Shown here: positions 42,019 to 52,530 of the stretch, piece after piece
Numbering within the stretch: position 1 is the stretch's first letter
How the letters are laid out: every line of letters starts with the position of its first letter
Assembly (NCBI GenBank): GCA_963753595.1
Contig: CAVWCX010000024.1
Coordinates: 32,001-96,000, forward strand
Source of the DNA: Candidatus Methanoperedenaceae archaeon
GTDB lineage: Archaea; Halobacteriota; Methanosarcinia; Methanosarcinales; Methanoperedenaceae
Direction of reading: 5' to 3'
Length of the DNA stretch: 64,000 nt
Notes under the pieces: generated by a model
Seen by the model: the letters and a program-made list of their open reading frames with translations, nothing else
Told to the model about the DNA's origin: nothing
The model's database searches: none
Translations under genes and position numbers: made by a program

Positions 42019-42262
42019 AATATCGCAGGGGCAGTTGCCTTCACTTCTCCTGTTATCCGTGCTTCTTGCAGCATTTATGATCGCGTTATATTTGAGTTTA
42101 AAGAGCGGGGATAAATATTCGGTAGAAGATGCACAAAGGGATGCAGTAAGTTTTGCAGATGTGGTCGAGGAAGCGGATGGCCCTATGACAACATTCCTTA
42201 TTGCCGCATTTATAGTATTAATTATCTGGGCTGTTGCCTACCTGGTCCTATACCTTAAATAA
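42008..42262 (+). CDS. Small 2-TM protein of the oxidase operon
   Basis: Overlaps ccoS; FADVVEEADGP between the TM segments. Confidence 0.6.
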   Translation: MPIEISQGQLPSLLLLSVLLAAFMIALYLSLKSGDKYSVEDAQRDAVSFADVVEEADGPMTTFLIAAFIVLIIWAVAYLVLYLK

Positions 42263-42294
42263 TAAAAAAAAACGAAAAAATCCAGAATCGAATT

Positions 42295-42723
42295 CTATTT
42301 CTTCTTGCGGTTCTCAATCTCTTTCTTGATCCATGGGCCTACATCAAGTCCATGAACAAGGCCTTTCAGGTCATCCTTCAGGTTGCTTGGCTTTATTTTG
42401 ATCAGCCAGCCTTCTCCATAAGGGTCTCCTTTTAAGAGATCAAGATCATCCTCGATATTTTCATTGACTTCTGTTATAATACCTGTTACAGGCATCAACA
42501 GGCCTCCTACCCATTTTGCTGATTCAAGCGACCCGAAGGCCTCTCCTGCCTCGAATTCGTCATCTTCAAGGGGAAGGTCAATAAATTCAATATTTCCTGC
42601 TGCTTTTGCTCCATAGGCATCAAGACCAACTGTAACAGTACCATTGTCTTCGATCCTTGCCCATGTGTGATCTTTAGTATAATACAATTCTTCCGGAAGT
42701 TTATGTCCCTCTATTTCGACCAT
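42295..42723 (-). CDS. gcvH: GcvH-like lipoyl carrier
   Basis: YTKDHTWAR, ESAKW, DPYGEGWL. Confidence 0.85.
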   Translation of the reverse strand: MVEIEGHKLPEELYYTKDHTWARIEDNGTVTVGLDAYGAKAAGNIEFIDLPLEDDEFEAGEAFGSLESAKWVGGLLMPVTGIITEVNENIEDDLDLLKGDPYGEGWLIKIKPSNLKDDLKGLVHGLDVGPWIKKEIENRKKK

Positions 42724-42766
42724 TATTTTTCCTCTTTATTTGGTTATTACATTGTTATATATAAAG

Positions 42767-43189
42767 TTAATTATCCGCATATCGTTCGCGTTCTTTAGCG
42801 ATCAATCCGGTATAGTATCCTGCTGCTTCTTCAACTTTCATTACCTTGTTTTCATCAAATTTCCCTTTTACTTTCACGATCCACTCATTGTAAGGGTCAC
42901 TGTTGATAACATTCGGGTCATCCCAGAGTTTTTCATTTACTGAAATGACTTTTATATCAAATGGAACTGATATCTGGGACACTGCCTTTATGGTTTCATA
43001 TGCCACAAGCATGTCCCCCTGTTTAATTGATTCTCCTGTTTCAGGAAGATCAATGTGTACTATCCCTTTGGATAATGATTGGCCAAGTTCGGTTATTCCT
43101 ATGAGGATCTCTCCATTTTCAGGCTTTAGCCATACATGATTTTTCATGTAATACCGATCCTCAGGGAAATCAAACTCATAGGCCTTCAT
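42767..43189 (-). CDS. Second GcvH-like protein
   Basis: HVWLK..GITELGQ, ETIKAVS, NSDPY; start MKAYEF. Confidence 0.8.
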   Translation of the reverse strand: MKAYEFDFPEDRYYMKNHVWLKPENGEILIGITELGQSLSKGIVHIDLPETGESIKQGDMLVAYETIKAVSQISVPFDIKVISVNEKLWDDPNVINSDPYNEWIVKVKGKFDENKVMKVEEAAGYYTGLIAKERERYADN

Positions 43190-43426
43190 ATTGCCTACAA
43201 TCGAAAGATAGGTATAAAATACTTTTGCATGGATTTTTAGCCCTGGTGAGCATTGAAGAGTATTGTCCCAGAGTTGGTTCGTGTTCGTCTGGTTCGTGGT
43301 TAATTTATTTCCTATGGGCGTGCTTGTCATAACAAACGCAAACTTAACTATTAATAGACAAGTTTAAGTATTTAGTAGTTTAATATATGGATATGGTGAA
43401 CAATAAGTGGAGATAAAATATGAAAC

Positions 43427-44973
43427 CATTGGTCATCGGTTAAGCCCACCAGTCATCCCTGAACCGATGTCTACTGACATGGGGATCAAGTGCCTGACTT
43501 GAATAGACATTCATAACAGTCAGAATAGTTCTTTCAATCCCATAATACCGAAGTATCAGAGTAAGCTGTTTATCAGCATTTTCGGCAAAAATCGTACTCC
43601 ATCGCAATTGTGTAAAACGAGAACCAATATCTTTTGGATTATACTTCCGAACTAACGAATATATTCTCCTGCTTACTAAAAGGGTAAGAATCGATATCCA
43701 GATAAAGGCTTCGATAATTTGTGTGTTCTTTGTATTCACAACATCAAGAGCGTATCTGCTTTTCAGTTCTTTAAAGATCAGTTCAATATCCCATCTTGCT
43801 CCATAGAGTTTCGCAACATCCTCAGCCTCCAAAACATCTTTTGCAATATTAGTAAGATAGACATGATACTTTTCTTCATCTTCATTAAAAACCGCTACCA
43901 ATCGGAACTGTTCAGTATCCATTCTTGTCTTACTTTTCCCATTATAATTCGGTTTCTTGAATGAGACCTCAACTTCAACATCGAGTACTTGTCTTTTTAA
44001 CTTGGGGAGAATTTCACTGATATATTTCCCTTTCACATCAATACTATTCCCCCGACACGTATTATGCACATCAACAATAAGAGGATCCGCACTTCCTTTC
44101 AATCTGGACACGAAGTAACCGCCATTCTCCTTGATTTTAGCAAAGAGTAGATGTTTGTAGAAACCAAGATCGATAAGAAGAATTCTATCTTTTATCCATG
44201 GACCTATTCGCAGAGTCTTCAATTCATTTGTACTTTCAGGATGAATAGTGATGCTTTTTGGGCTGTTTGCCACGGCACTTACCAACAAACTCACTTTAAC
44301 GCCAGCTGCTACCGTTCTGGAACGTGCTGCCGGGAATTTTTTAGCAAGAGACTTATGCAATCTGATAATTGTGCTGTCCTGTATCATTACATCCTGGAAT
44401 TTAGCTATTTTTTCATTGAGAACTTTGGTTTGTTCCTTAGCAAGCTGTTCAATTCCATGAGTTACACATAGCCTCAGGAATGCAACAAGTTCAGGTGTGA
44501 ATCTTTCATACCAGCTGCTGTCGCTCAGTTTTTTATTGGAAAACTTTTCATAATTCCGTTTGACAAAGGCTAGATTTCTTGCAAGGCGAACACCATAACT
44601 ATTGACAAGAACCCAAAACATTTCTACGGCTGTCACTTTTCTCTCTCTTTCTATGAGGCCGGTTTCTTTTGCTGCTTGTTTCAGCCATTCTGGAGGGAAT
44701 AGTGTGTAGAGGTCTTTTTCAATTATATCGGGGTCATAAGATGGGATTTTTGTGTTTGGTTCTTTGGGCTTTTTCATGCTACTGATCCTCTTTCTAATTT
44801 TAATACAGTAAAATTAGAATTTTTAAGTAATATATGCATGCTAAGACGATAAATGCTTCGCTATATAACGATTATTTCAACTGGAAACCCAAAGCTATTG
44901 ACTAAAAACGAGTAATTCTGCAATCTTTTTTGAGATAATTCATTGAGCAGAATTCCTTAACCGATGACCAATG
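43427..44973 (-). mobile_element. IS4 family (ISH8-like) insertion sequence, copy 1
   Basis: 18-bp TIR CATTGGTCATCGGTTAAG; 10-bp TSD AATATGAAAC. Confidence 0.93.
43440..44777 (-). CDS. IS4-family DDE transposase
   Basis: QDST, IDLGF, YGARWDIELIFKELK (YREK motif). Confidence 0.93.
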   Translation of the reverse strand: MKKPKEPNTKIPSYDPDIIEKDLYTLFPPEWLKQAAKETGLIERERKVTAVEMFWVLVNSYGVRLARNLAFVKRNYEKFSNKKLSDSSWYERFTPELVAFLRLCVTHGIEQLAKEQTKVLNEKIAKFQDVMIQDSTIIRLHKSLAKKFPAARSRTVAAGVKVSLLVSAVANSPKSITIHPESTNELKTLRIGPWIKDRILLIDLGFYKHLLFAKIKENGGYFVSRLKGSADPLIVDVHNTCRGNSIDVKGKYISEILPKLKRQVLDVEVEVSFKKPNYNGKSKTRMDTEQFRLVAVFNEDEEKYHVYLTNIAKDVLEAEDVAKLYGARWDIELIFKELKSRYALDVVNTKNTQIIEAFIWISILTLLVSRRIYSLVRKYNPKDIGSRFTQLRWSTIFAENADKQLTLILRYYGIERTILTVMNVYSSQALDPHVSRHRFRDDWWA

Positions 44974-45451
44974 AATATGAAACAGGATATGATCTATAAA
45001 TTAAGGATCCTGATTCTTGAAACATATGTCAGGATCACGATGATCGGGTATGAATCAAAACATGAGAAAAATTTAAATGCGGGATCGGTATCCAGGCAGT
45101 TTCTAAAGGGGAATAAAACATGAACCCGGCCATCCCTGAAGTTGATGCGGATTCTGTCAAAAGGATGATCGATTGCTCAAGGCAGTCTAAAACAAGTACT
45201 GTTTTCGATATCAGTTTTTCAGATGTTAAAAATAATGGGACTATCGTGGACCTGCTTGAATATTTGACCTTGCTGAAAAGGAATAATGAGAATAACAGGT
45301 AGATCACAAAGATGAATCGAAAAGATGATGATAAGGAAGAAACCGCTGTTGAATGTAGTGACGTTGATGAAGAAATGGCTGAAAAGAAAAAGTCAAATGC
45401 TTCGAATGATAATGACTTTGCGTTCTTGTTGAATATATTTGATTTCATGAC

Positions 45452-46571
45452 ATGGCCTTAAAAATGAAAAACGCTACTGATACTGAGTTTCCTCTTTATC
45501 CGGAATCCAAAATAAACATACAAAATATTGTAATAAACAGTTTTAAATTTTTGATATTTGAATGGAAACTTTTTGCTATTGTCCTGGCTTTTTATATTTT
45601 TAAAAGTTTCATATTTGACCAGAATTCTTCCATAAATAATGATCTTACTCTTACCCGGCAATATTTTGGATTTGTTTTGATGCAACTGCCTCGAATCATT
45701 TTCGATTTATTGTTCTGGATTGCCATTATTCCACTGATCATACTTTCCGGAAAGGAATACCTGACAGGACAGCAAAAATTAAGGTTCGAGGAACATTCCA
45801 TATGCATATCATTCATATATAAAATCAATATTGGTTTCTTCCAATTCTGGAAAGAGATGATGGGTAGATATTTTGTACCCTTAATTTGACAGAAGCATAA
45901 ATTTTATAATGATGAAATGTATCAACCATAGCTGTTTCTCAAATAAATTATAGATTATATAACTTTATAAATACGTGTGGTGTTATACATTCTGCTAACA
46001 ATAATCAGTTGAAGCGATGTGATTTTCATAAATATGAACCTTCTGAATTTTCTGAATCTGTCAGACTAAGGTTGTACCGCTTTTTCAATATAAATCCATA
46101 TTTTCTGTGCTGGGTTTTCTAATGATATGCTTTTCCACTCTTTCGATGTTTAATATTACATTAATGCCTGAACCTGATCTCAAAATAATTGCAGGCTTTA
46201 TCAGCGCTTTTGAGATGATCCTTGGATTCATTTTATTCCTGGCGCCTGTTATAATTGTGCTGGAAAACAAGACATTTGCAGATGGAGCAAAAAAATCCAT
46301 CCATATCGTCAGGAACAAGTTGAAGGAATGTATCATTTTCAATATAATATTAGTTCTTATAAATCCATTTAATATACTTTTTTTGGCTATGATAATAAGC
46401 CATTATGCTGCAATTCCCTGGTTTAATTACCTTCAATTAACCCAAATTCCTGGATTTGAATTCTTTCAATTAATCCTGGCCAGCGGATGGTTCATATTTT
46501 GTAATGCCGCTATCATAGGATTTTATTTGAGCCTTTTAGAGGAGAGAAAATTAATACAACAAACCAAATAA
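45452..46571 (+). pseudogene. Polytopic membrane protein interrupted by a MITE
   Basis: Removing 45879-46071 plus one TTGTAC restores the frame GRYFVP|LFQYKSIFSVLGFLM. Confidence 0.75.
45879..46071. mobile_element. 193-bp MITE
   Basis: Imperfect TIR CCTTAATTTGACAGA / TCTGTCAGACTAAGG; 6-bp TSD TTGTAC. Confidence 0.8.
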
Positions 46572-46756
46572 ATACACAATAATGGTGGTAAAAATATGAC
46601 AAGAAAAAAATTGATCATAGACCTTACGATCAGGCGAAATATGAGAAAATAATCACCACTAAACTTGTGTTAGATGTTTATCAATAATATTCCCCATAAA
46701 ATTTGAGCAGTATTTATATACGGACAAAAGAGAAATTTAAGATAGGGACGATTAGA

Positions 46757-47932
46757 ATGAACTCAAGAAAATCAGGATTTTCCACACGCGCCATCCATTC
46801 AGGAGAAAAACATGAAGATACGGGCTCAGTCACAACCCCGATATACCAGACGGCGCCTTTTAAATTCAAGAGCGCAGCAGATGCATCCGACCTGATGGGG
46901 GGGCGTAAAAAAGGATATGTATATTCACGCGGCCTGAATCCAACGACTGAAGTGCTTGAGGAGAAAATGGCAGACCTTGAGGGCGGGGAGGCTGCCCTTG
47001 CACAAACAACAGGGATGGCAGCGATTTCCGCAGCTGTTTTTACATCTGTCAAGGGTGGCGACCATGTGATTGCCGATGAAGTGATATACGGAAGCACATA
47101 CGACCTGTTCGTTGAACTTAAAGATTATGGCGTTGATGTTACTTTTATCGATACATCAGATCCGCATAATGTGGAAGAGGCATTTCGACCGAATACAAAA
47201 CTTGTTTTTTTTGAATCTCCGGCAAATCCTACGATGAAACTTACGGATATCAAAGCCGTAAGCGATATTGCTCATGAAAAAGGCGCATCTGTGATGGTTG
47301 ATAATACATTCCTGACGCCTTATCTCCAGAAGCCGCTTACACTTGGCGCTGATGTGGTCGTGCATAGCGCCACAAAATACCTGAATGGCCACGGGGATAC
47401 TCTTGGCGGGATAATCGCAGGTTCTTCGGATTTCATAAAATCAGCAAGGCACAAGGCAAAGAACTTTGGCGGCTCCATCACCCCGTTCTCGTCATGGCTG
47501 ATCATCCGGGGCATAAAGACACTGCCCATCCGTATGGACAGGCATAACCAGAATGCAATTGCAGTGGCAAAATTCCTGCAGGGACATGATCTGGTTAAAA
47601 GCGTAATTTATCCGGGACTTCCGGAGCATCCGCAGTATGAACTCGGAAGAAAACAGGCAAGTGGCGCCGGCGGCATGATCGCATTCCTGCTGGAAGAGGC
47701 AAAAGATGTGCCTCTTTTTCTTGATTCCCTCAAGCTTTGCACGCTGGCGGTAAGCCTTGGTGAGACCGCAACGCTTATCCAGCATCCTGCAACGATGACC
47801 CATGCAGTTGTTCCGCGGCAGGACAGGCTAAGATACGGGATTTCGGATGAACTTATTCGTCTTTCAGTTGGCCTTGAAGATGTAAGTGATATTATCAATG
47901 ACCTGGAACAGGCGCTTCATGGTATTCATTAA
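46757..47932 (+). CDS. Cys/Met metabolism PLP enzyme (methionine gamma-lyase/cystathionine gamma-synthase family)
   Basis: YSRGLNPT, ESPANP, VDNTF, HSATKYLNGHGD, IRLSVGLE. Confidence 0.9.
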   Translation: MNSRKSGFSTRAIHSGEKHEDTGSVTTPIYQTAPFKFKSAADASDLMGGRKKGYVYSRGLNPTTEVLEEKMADLEGGEAALAQTTGMAAISAAVFTSVKGGDHVIADEVIYGSTYDLFVELKDYGVDVTFIDTSDPHNVEEAFRPNTKLVFFESPANPTMKLTDIKAVSDIAHEKGASVMVDNTFLTPYLQKPLTLGADVVVHSATKYLNGHGDTLGGIIAGSSDFIKSARHKAKNFGGSITPFSSWLIIRGIKTLPIRMDRHNQNAIAVAKFLQGHDLVKSVIYPGLPEHPQYELGRKQASGAGGMIAFLLEEAKDVPLFLDSLKLCTLAVSLGETATLIQHPATMTHAVVPRQDRLRYGISDELIRLSVGLEDVSDIINDLEQALHGIH

Positions 47933-48279
47933 GAAGCCCTGAGAATTAAATTAATTTTGATCATTGCCACGATAATCGCAATCATAAAAACGATCAGTAG
48001 CAGCATTAATCTCTTGAATATGGTTTCCTGCAGTTTTTTTCTCCCTTTTAGTGTTATCCATGAATCTGCCGGGACTTCATGTGACTTTGCGCCATCCGGA
48101 TATACAAAACAAGTACGGTTGATATCCACTAATCCCTTAAATTGCAGGTCTTCTAAAAAAACTATGTCTCCGGGATTATGCCCCAATTGCGCAAGTAAAA
48201 CTTCATAAGACAGGCAATTGGGAAATATATTATTGAGACAACTGAGTATCTGCTTCTGCCTTTTGTTAATTGTCACCAT
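47929..48279 (-). CDS. Hypothetical protein with C-terminal TM
   Basis: 116 aa; LQFKGLV...ITLKG is wHTH-like. Confidence 0.5.
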   Translation of the reverse strand: MVTINKRQKQILSCLNNIFPNCLSYEVLLAQLGHNPGDIVFLEDLQFKGLVDINRTCFVYPDGAKSHEVPADSWITLKGRKKLQETIFKRLMLLLIVFMIAIIVAMIKINLILRAS

Positions 48280-48467
48280 TTCTATCCAAAACGAGATAAA
48301 CCTTTATCGTGTAAATACTTTCCGCTTACACGACCTGCCGGATTTGTTTTTGTCATCCTGTCAAGGCGCAGTCCAAACATCCGGAAGTCCGGAAATATCC
48401 TGCAAAGCACCTTTACAGAGGGTCTTGCCTTGATTTTAAGAGTTATGGGGTTTCTGTATTATGAATA

Positions 48468-48670
48468 CATTTGTCATCGGTTAAGAGAGAAATCATCAAA
48501 TAGAACACGGATGACGCAGATGATACGGATGCGCACGGATCCGTGAAAATCCGCGCGATCCGTGTCATCCGTGTTCTATTCAAACTAAACCTGAAAAGCA
48601 TGGAAAATTAACAACTCTTTGAACAATTGTATAGTACAAGCATGTTGAATTCCTTAACCGATGACCGATG
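48468..48670. mobile_element. 203-bp MITE with ISH8-like ends
   Basis: Ends CATTTGTCATCGGTTAAG / CTTAACCGATGACCGATG; 10-bp TSD ATTATGAATA; internal palindrome 48499-48580. Confidence 0.9.
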
Positions 48671-48671
48671 A

Positions 48672-48890
48672 TTATGAATATGATTCTACTGCACTTTCCT
48701 GACTTATGGTAGTGCAATTGCTTCTTCCCTGAATATTCATATCTACCTGCTTGCTAAACACAGGATTTCCCACTATCTTGAAATTGTTGTATATGATATA
48801 AAGTTCTTCTATTTGTTTGCCGGTGATACCTGACTTTAATAGTAATATTCTATCTTGTGCAGTTTCTAACATTGACTCATCTCCCATCAA
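48672..48890 (-). CDS. Small conserved hypothetical protein (paralog of 19166..19360)
   Basis: RILLLKSGITGKQIEELY. Confidence 0.6.
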   Translation of the reverse strand: MMGDESMLETAQDRILLLKSGITGKQIEELYIIYNNFKIVGNPVFSKQVDMNIQGRSNCTTISQESAVESYS

Positions 48891-49038
48891 TGAAACCGTT
48901 TTCCCTGTTTTTCCCTATGATATATTATAAACTATGGAGTTAATAAACATTTCTGGATTTACGGTCTATTTTATAAACACGATTAAACTGCGAATTCCTG
49001 ACTTATGGTAGTGCAATTGCTTGTTCTCTCTGCTGTCG

Positions 49039-49335
49039 CTAACCCCAGATAGGAAATATCGGAATTACAATTCCCAATCCTATACGCCGTTGAAAGTGAA
49101 TTCCGAAAGAGATTACGATAAATCCCATTCTACCTATTGCTATTCCTGGAGTAAAAGTAAATCCGAATGTTCTGAATATCCCAAATGTCCATCCAAGCAT
49201 AATTGCTAAATCGATGCCTAATGGAGAAATAAGTCCACTACCGCCCTTTTGTTTATCTTTTCCCCCTCCAAGAGTGCCTACTATCAAACCTATGGCAGGA
49301 GCATTAAAGAATATTGATTCCCCATGTTTGGTCAT
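49039..49335 (-). CDS. Gly/Ile/Phe-rich hypothetical protein
   Basis: 98-aa ORF with recurring FG/IG units. Confidence 0.4.
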   Translation of the reverse strand: MTKHGESIFFNAPAIGLIVGTLGGGKDKQKGGSGLISPLGIDLAIMLGWTFGIFRTFGFTFTPGIAIGRMGFIVISFGIHFQRRIGLGIVIPIFPIWG

Positions 49336-50124
49336 ATTTATATCATTTTTTTAGCGCTACTTCAATGTACTCCTAATTTCTCTTCAGGTTAAGCTCCAGG
49401 AATCCAAGGGTCTTATTCCAGGCGTCGATAGCCTGCTCCTTTCGAAATGCCGCAGAGTTTGTCGGGTTTGAAAAAGCATGGCCTGCCCCTTCATAAATAG
49501 AGATATTCACACTTGTTCCCTGTTCTTTCAGAATTCGTTCGAACTCACGGATATCTTTTACCGGAAGGCTCGTATCCTCAACTCCATATAACCCCAGGAC
49601 TGGCTGTTTCATCTTCATGAGAATAGCCTTATCTGTCGAAACCTGACCGTAATATATTACCGTAGCCTGCAGGTCATCATTGACGCCCAGCTGGAATGAC
49701 TGGCCGCCGCCGTAGCACCAGCCCAGTGAAGCGATTTTACTTTTGTTCACGTTCGTCATATTACGCAGATACTTTACTGCTGCCTGCATCTTCGGGATCG
49801 TTTCATTATTCGGATTATTTCTAAGATTAGCCTGGGCACCCTCTATAGTCGTTGCGACATTTCCTTTGAATAGATCAATCGCAAAAACCACATACCCTTC
49901 ACGCGCCGTTATATCAGCCATGCTTTTTACCTGATCGTTCAGTCCCCACCATTCATGGATCATGACAATACCCGGATATTTGCCTGCATTAACTGGCTGG
50001 ACGAGGAACCCTGAAAGCCTGACACCATCAATATTGACATCAATATTACTCGTTGAAACGTTTGCTCCGGCCTTTCCTTTGAAAACATCCGAAAGACCCA
50101 GATAACTCATATTAGGTTCTCCTC

Positions 50125-51665
50125 CATTGGTCATCGGTTAAGCCCACCAGTCATCCCTGAACCGATGTCTACTGACATGGGGATCAAGTGCCTGACTTGA
50201 ATAGACATTCATAACAGTCAGAATAGTTCTTTCAATCCCATAATACCGAAGTATCAGAGTAAGCTGTTTATCAGCATTTTCGGCAAAAATCGTACTCCAT
50301 CGCAATTGTGTAAAACGAGAACCAATATCTTTTGGATTATACTTCCGAACTAACGAATATATTCTCCTGCTTACTAAAAGGGTAAGAATCGATATCCAGA
50401 TAAAGGCTTCGATAATTTGTGTGTTCTTTGTATTCACAACATCAAGAGCGTATCTGCTTTTCAGTTCTTTAAAGATCAGTTCAATATCCCATCTTGCTCC
50501 ATAGAGTTTCGCAACATCCTCAGCCTCCAAAACATCTTTTGCAATATTAGTAAGATAGACATGATACTTTTCTTCATCTTCATTAAAAACCGCTACCAAT
50601 CGGAACTGTTCCATTCTTGTCTTACTTTTCCCATTATAATTCGGTTTCTTGAATGAGACCTCAACTTCAACATCGAGTACTTGTCTTTTTAACTTGGGGA
50701 GAATTTCACTGATATATTTCCCTTTCACATCAATACTATTCCCCCGACACGTATTATGCACATCAACAATAAGAGGATCCGCACTTCCTTTCAATCTGGA
50801 CACGAAGTAACCGCCATTCTCCTTGATTTTAGCAAAGAGTAGATGTTTGTAGAAACCAAGATCGATAAGAAGAATTCTATCTTTTATCCATGGACCTATT
50901 CGCAGAGTCTTCAATTCATTTGTACTTTCAGGATGAATAGTGATGCTTTTTGGGCTGTTTGCCACGGCACTTACCAACAAACTCACTTTAACGCCAGCTG
51001 CTACCGTTCTGGAACGTGCTGCCGGGAATTTTTTAGCAAGAGACTTATGCAATCTGATAATTGTGCTGTCCTGTATCATTACATCCTGGAATTTAGCTAT
51101 TTTTTCATTGAGAACTTTGGTTTGTTCCTTAGCAAGCTGTTCAATTCCATGAGTTACACATAGCCTCAGGAATACAACAAGTTCAGGTGTGAATCTTTCA
51201 TACCAGCTGCTGTCGCTCAGTTTTTTATTGGAAAACTTTTCATAATTCCGTTTGACAAAGGCTAGATTTCTTGCAAGGCGAACACCATAACTATTGACAA
51301 GAACCCAAAACATTTCTACGGCTGTCACTTTTCTCTCTCTTTCTATGAGGCCGGTTTCTTTTGCTGCTTGTTTCAGCCATTCTGGAGGGAATAGTGTGTA
51401 GAGGTCTTTTTCAATTATATCGGGGTCATAAGATGGGATTTTTGTGTTTGGTTCTTTGGGCTTTTTCATGCTACTGATCCTCTTTCTAATTTTAATACAG
51501 TAAAATTAGAATTTTTAAGTAATATATGCATGCTAAGACGATAAATGCTTCGCTATATAACGATTATTTCAACTGGAAACCCAAAGCTATTGACTAAAAA
51601 CGAGTAATTCTGCAATCTTTTTTGAGATAATTCATTGAGCAGAATTCCTTAACCGATGACCAATG
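50125..51665 (-). mobile_element. IS4 family (ISH8-like) insertion sequence, copy 2
   Basis: Same TIR as copy 1; 10-bp TSD GGTTCTCCTC. Confidence 0.93.
50138..51469 (-). CDS. IS4-family DDE transposase
   Basis: Matches copy 1 except A>V and a 2-aa deletion (RMDTEQ vs RMEQ). Confidence 0.93.
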   Translation of the reverse strand: MKKPKEPNTKIPSYDPDIIEKDLYTLFPPEWLKQAAKETGLIERERKVTAVEMFWVLVNSYGVRLARNLAFVKRNYEKFSNKKLSDSSWYERFTPELVVFLRLCVTHGIEQLAKEQTKVLNEKIAKFQDVMIQDSTIIRLHKSLAKKFPAARSRTVAAGVKVSLLVSAVANSPKSITIHPESTNELKTLRIGPWIKDRILLIDLGFYKHLLFAKIKENGGYFVSRLKGSADPLIVDVHNTCRGNSIDVKGKYISEILPKLKRQVLDVEVEVSFKKPNYNGKSKTRMEQFRLVAVFNEDEEKYHVYLTNIAKDVLEAEDVAKLYGARWDIELIFKELKSRYALDVVNTKNTQIIEAFIWISILTLLVSRRIYSLVRKYNPKDIGSRFTQLRWSTIFAENADKQLTLILRYYGIERTILTVMNVYSSQALDPHVSRHRFRDDWWA

Positions 51666-52185
51666 GGTTCTCCTCCCTGTTCATGACCTGTTGGAGTGGA
51701 TACAGGTTTCTGTGAAGGAGTTGAAACCGGTGTCGGTTCTGTTGTTGTTTCTTTCCCGGCACAGCCAGCAAAAAACACAATAGATGCGATAATTAATACG
51801 AAAATCAAATTTCTAATAGTTTTATTCATAATATTCCCACTTTATTACAAATTAATGTTCTTGCCATTTATAAATTCCTGTAATTCATGTCTTTTTGAAT
51901 TGCGAGTGTGCCTGGGCTGAGGTTTGTTCCTCAGTCTATTCACATTTTCAATTTTATAATTCCAGCAACACCATTCACAGGCACTGATGTATAGGATTAT
52001 ACATGTATGGTCATAATTGTACATAAAAAATAATATATTATTCCACTGGAAATAATGGGGTAGTATTAATAATGGTTGCCTGGAATGATATGATTTTCAG
52101 GGTCATTTTACCGGGAAAGTTTCTGCAGGATGAGATGAAAGGTTTAAGTTCATAGATGCAACATACGATATTTATTGGGGCCAAA

Positions 52186-52431
52186 ATGAAAATAGAAAAA
52201 TTGAGTTTTGCAGAAATGAAGAACAGGATAAAAGAACATTTACAACTGGCGCTAAATATTGAAGATTTTTCGATTAACTTCGCCAAACAAGAGGGGGATG
52301 TCTGGAAGGTTAATGTAGAGTTCAAAGAGAAGACTGGTGCTATAGATATGCCTACAACAGCGTTATTTATTTTAGATGCAATGACAGGGGAAGTAAAAGA
52401 ATTTAAAAAGGGTTATATCTCGACTTTTTGA
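52186..52431 (+). CDS. Small PepSY-like hypothetical protein
   Basis: WKVNV...LDAMTGEV. Confidence 0.55.
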   Translation: MKIEKLSFAEMKNRIKEHLQLALNIEDFSINFAKQEGDVWKVNVEFKEKTGAIDMPTTALFILDAMTGEVKEFKKGYISTF

Positions 52432-52530
52432 CGAATGAATCCTGCATATCTTTGGTTTTTCCCAAAACTTTACCTACCGCTTTTTAAAATATAGTTAAGA
52501 ACCTAATTTTCAATACTAATTTCTTGAATA

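Larger units (their letters stand above)
49373..51829 (-). pseudogene. Dienelactone hydrolase-family lipoprotein split by IS
   Basis: 5' part 51829-51666 (FAGC lipobox ...HEQGGEP); 3' part HEWWGL, GWCYGG, GHAF; joined through the TSD. Confidence 0.88.

Noticed and set aside
45120-45461. Pyrrolysine read-through (TAG at 45300-45302 followed by an in-frame ORF)
   Set aside because: There is no recognisable protein family and no pyl evidence; two tiny ORFs or a nonsense mutation are equally likely.
43427-51665. Composite transposon formed by the two IS4 copies
   Set aside because: Each copy has its own distinct 10-bp TSD, so they are independent insertions.
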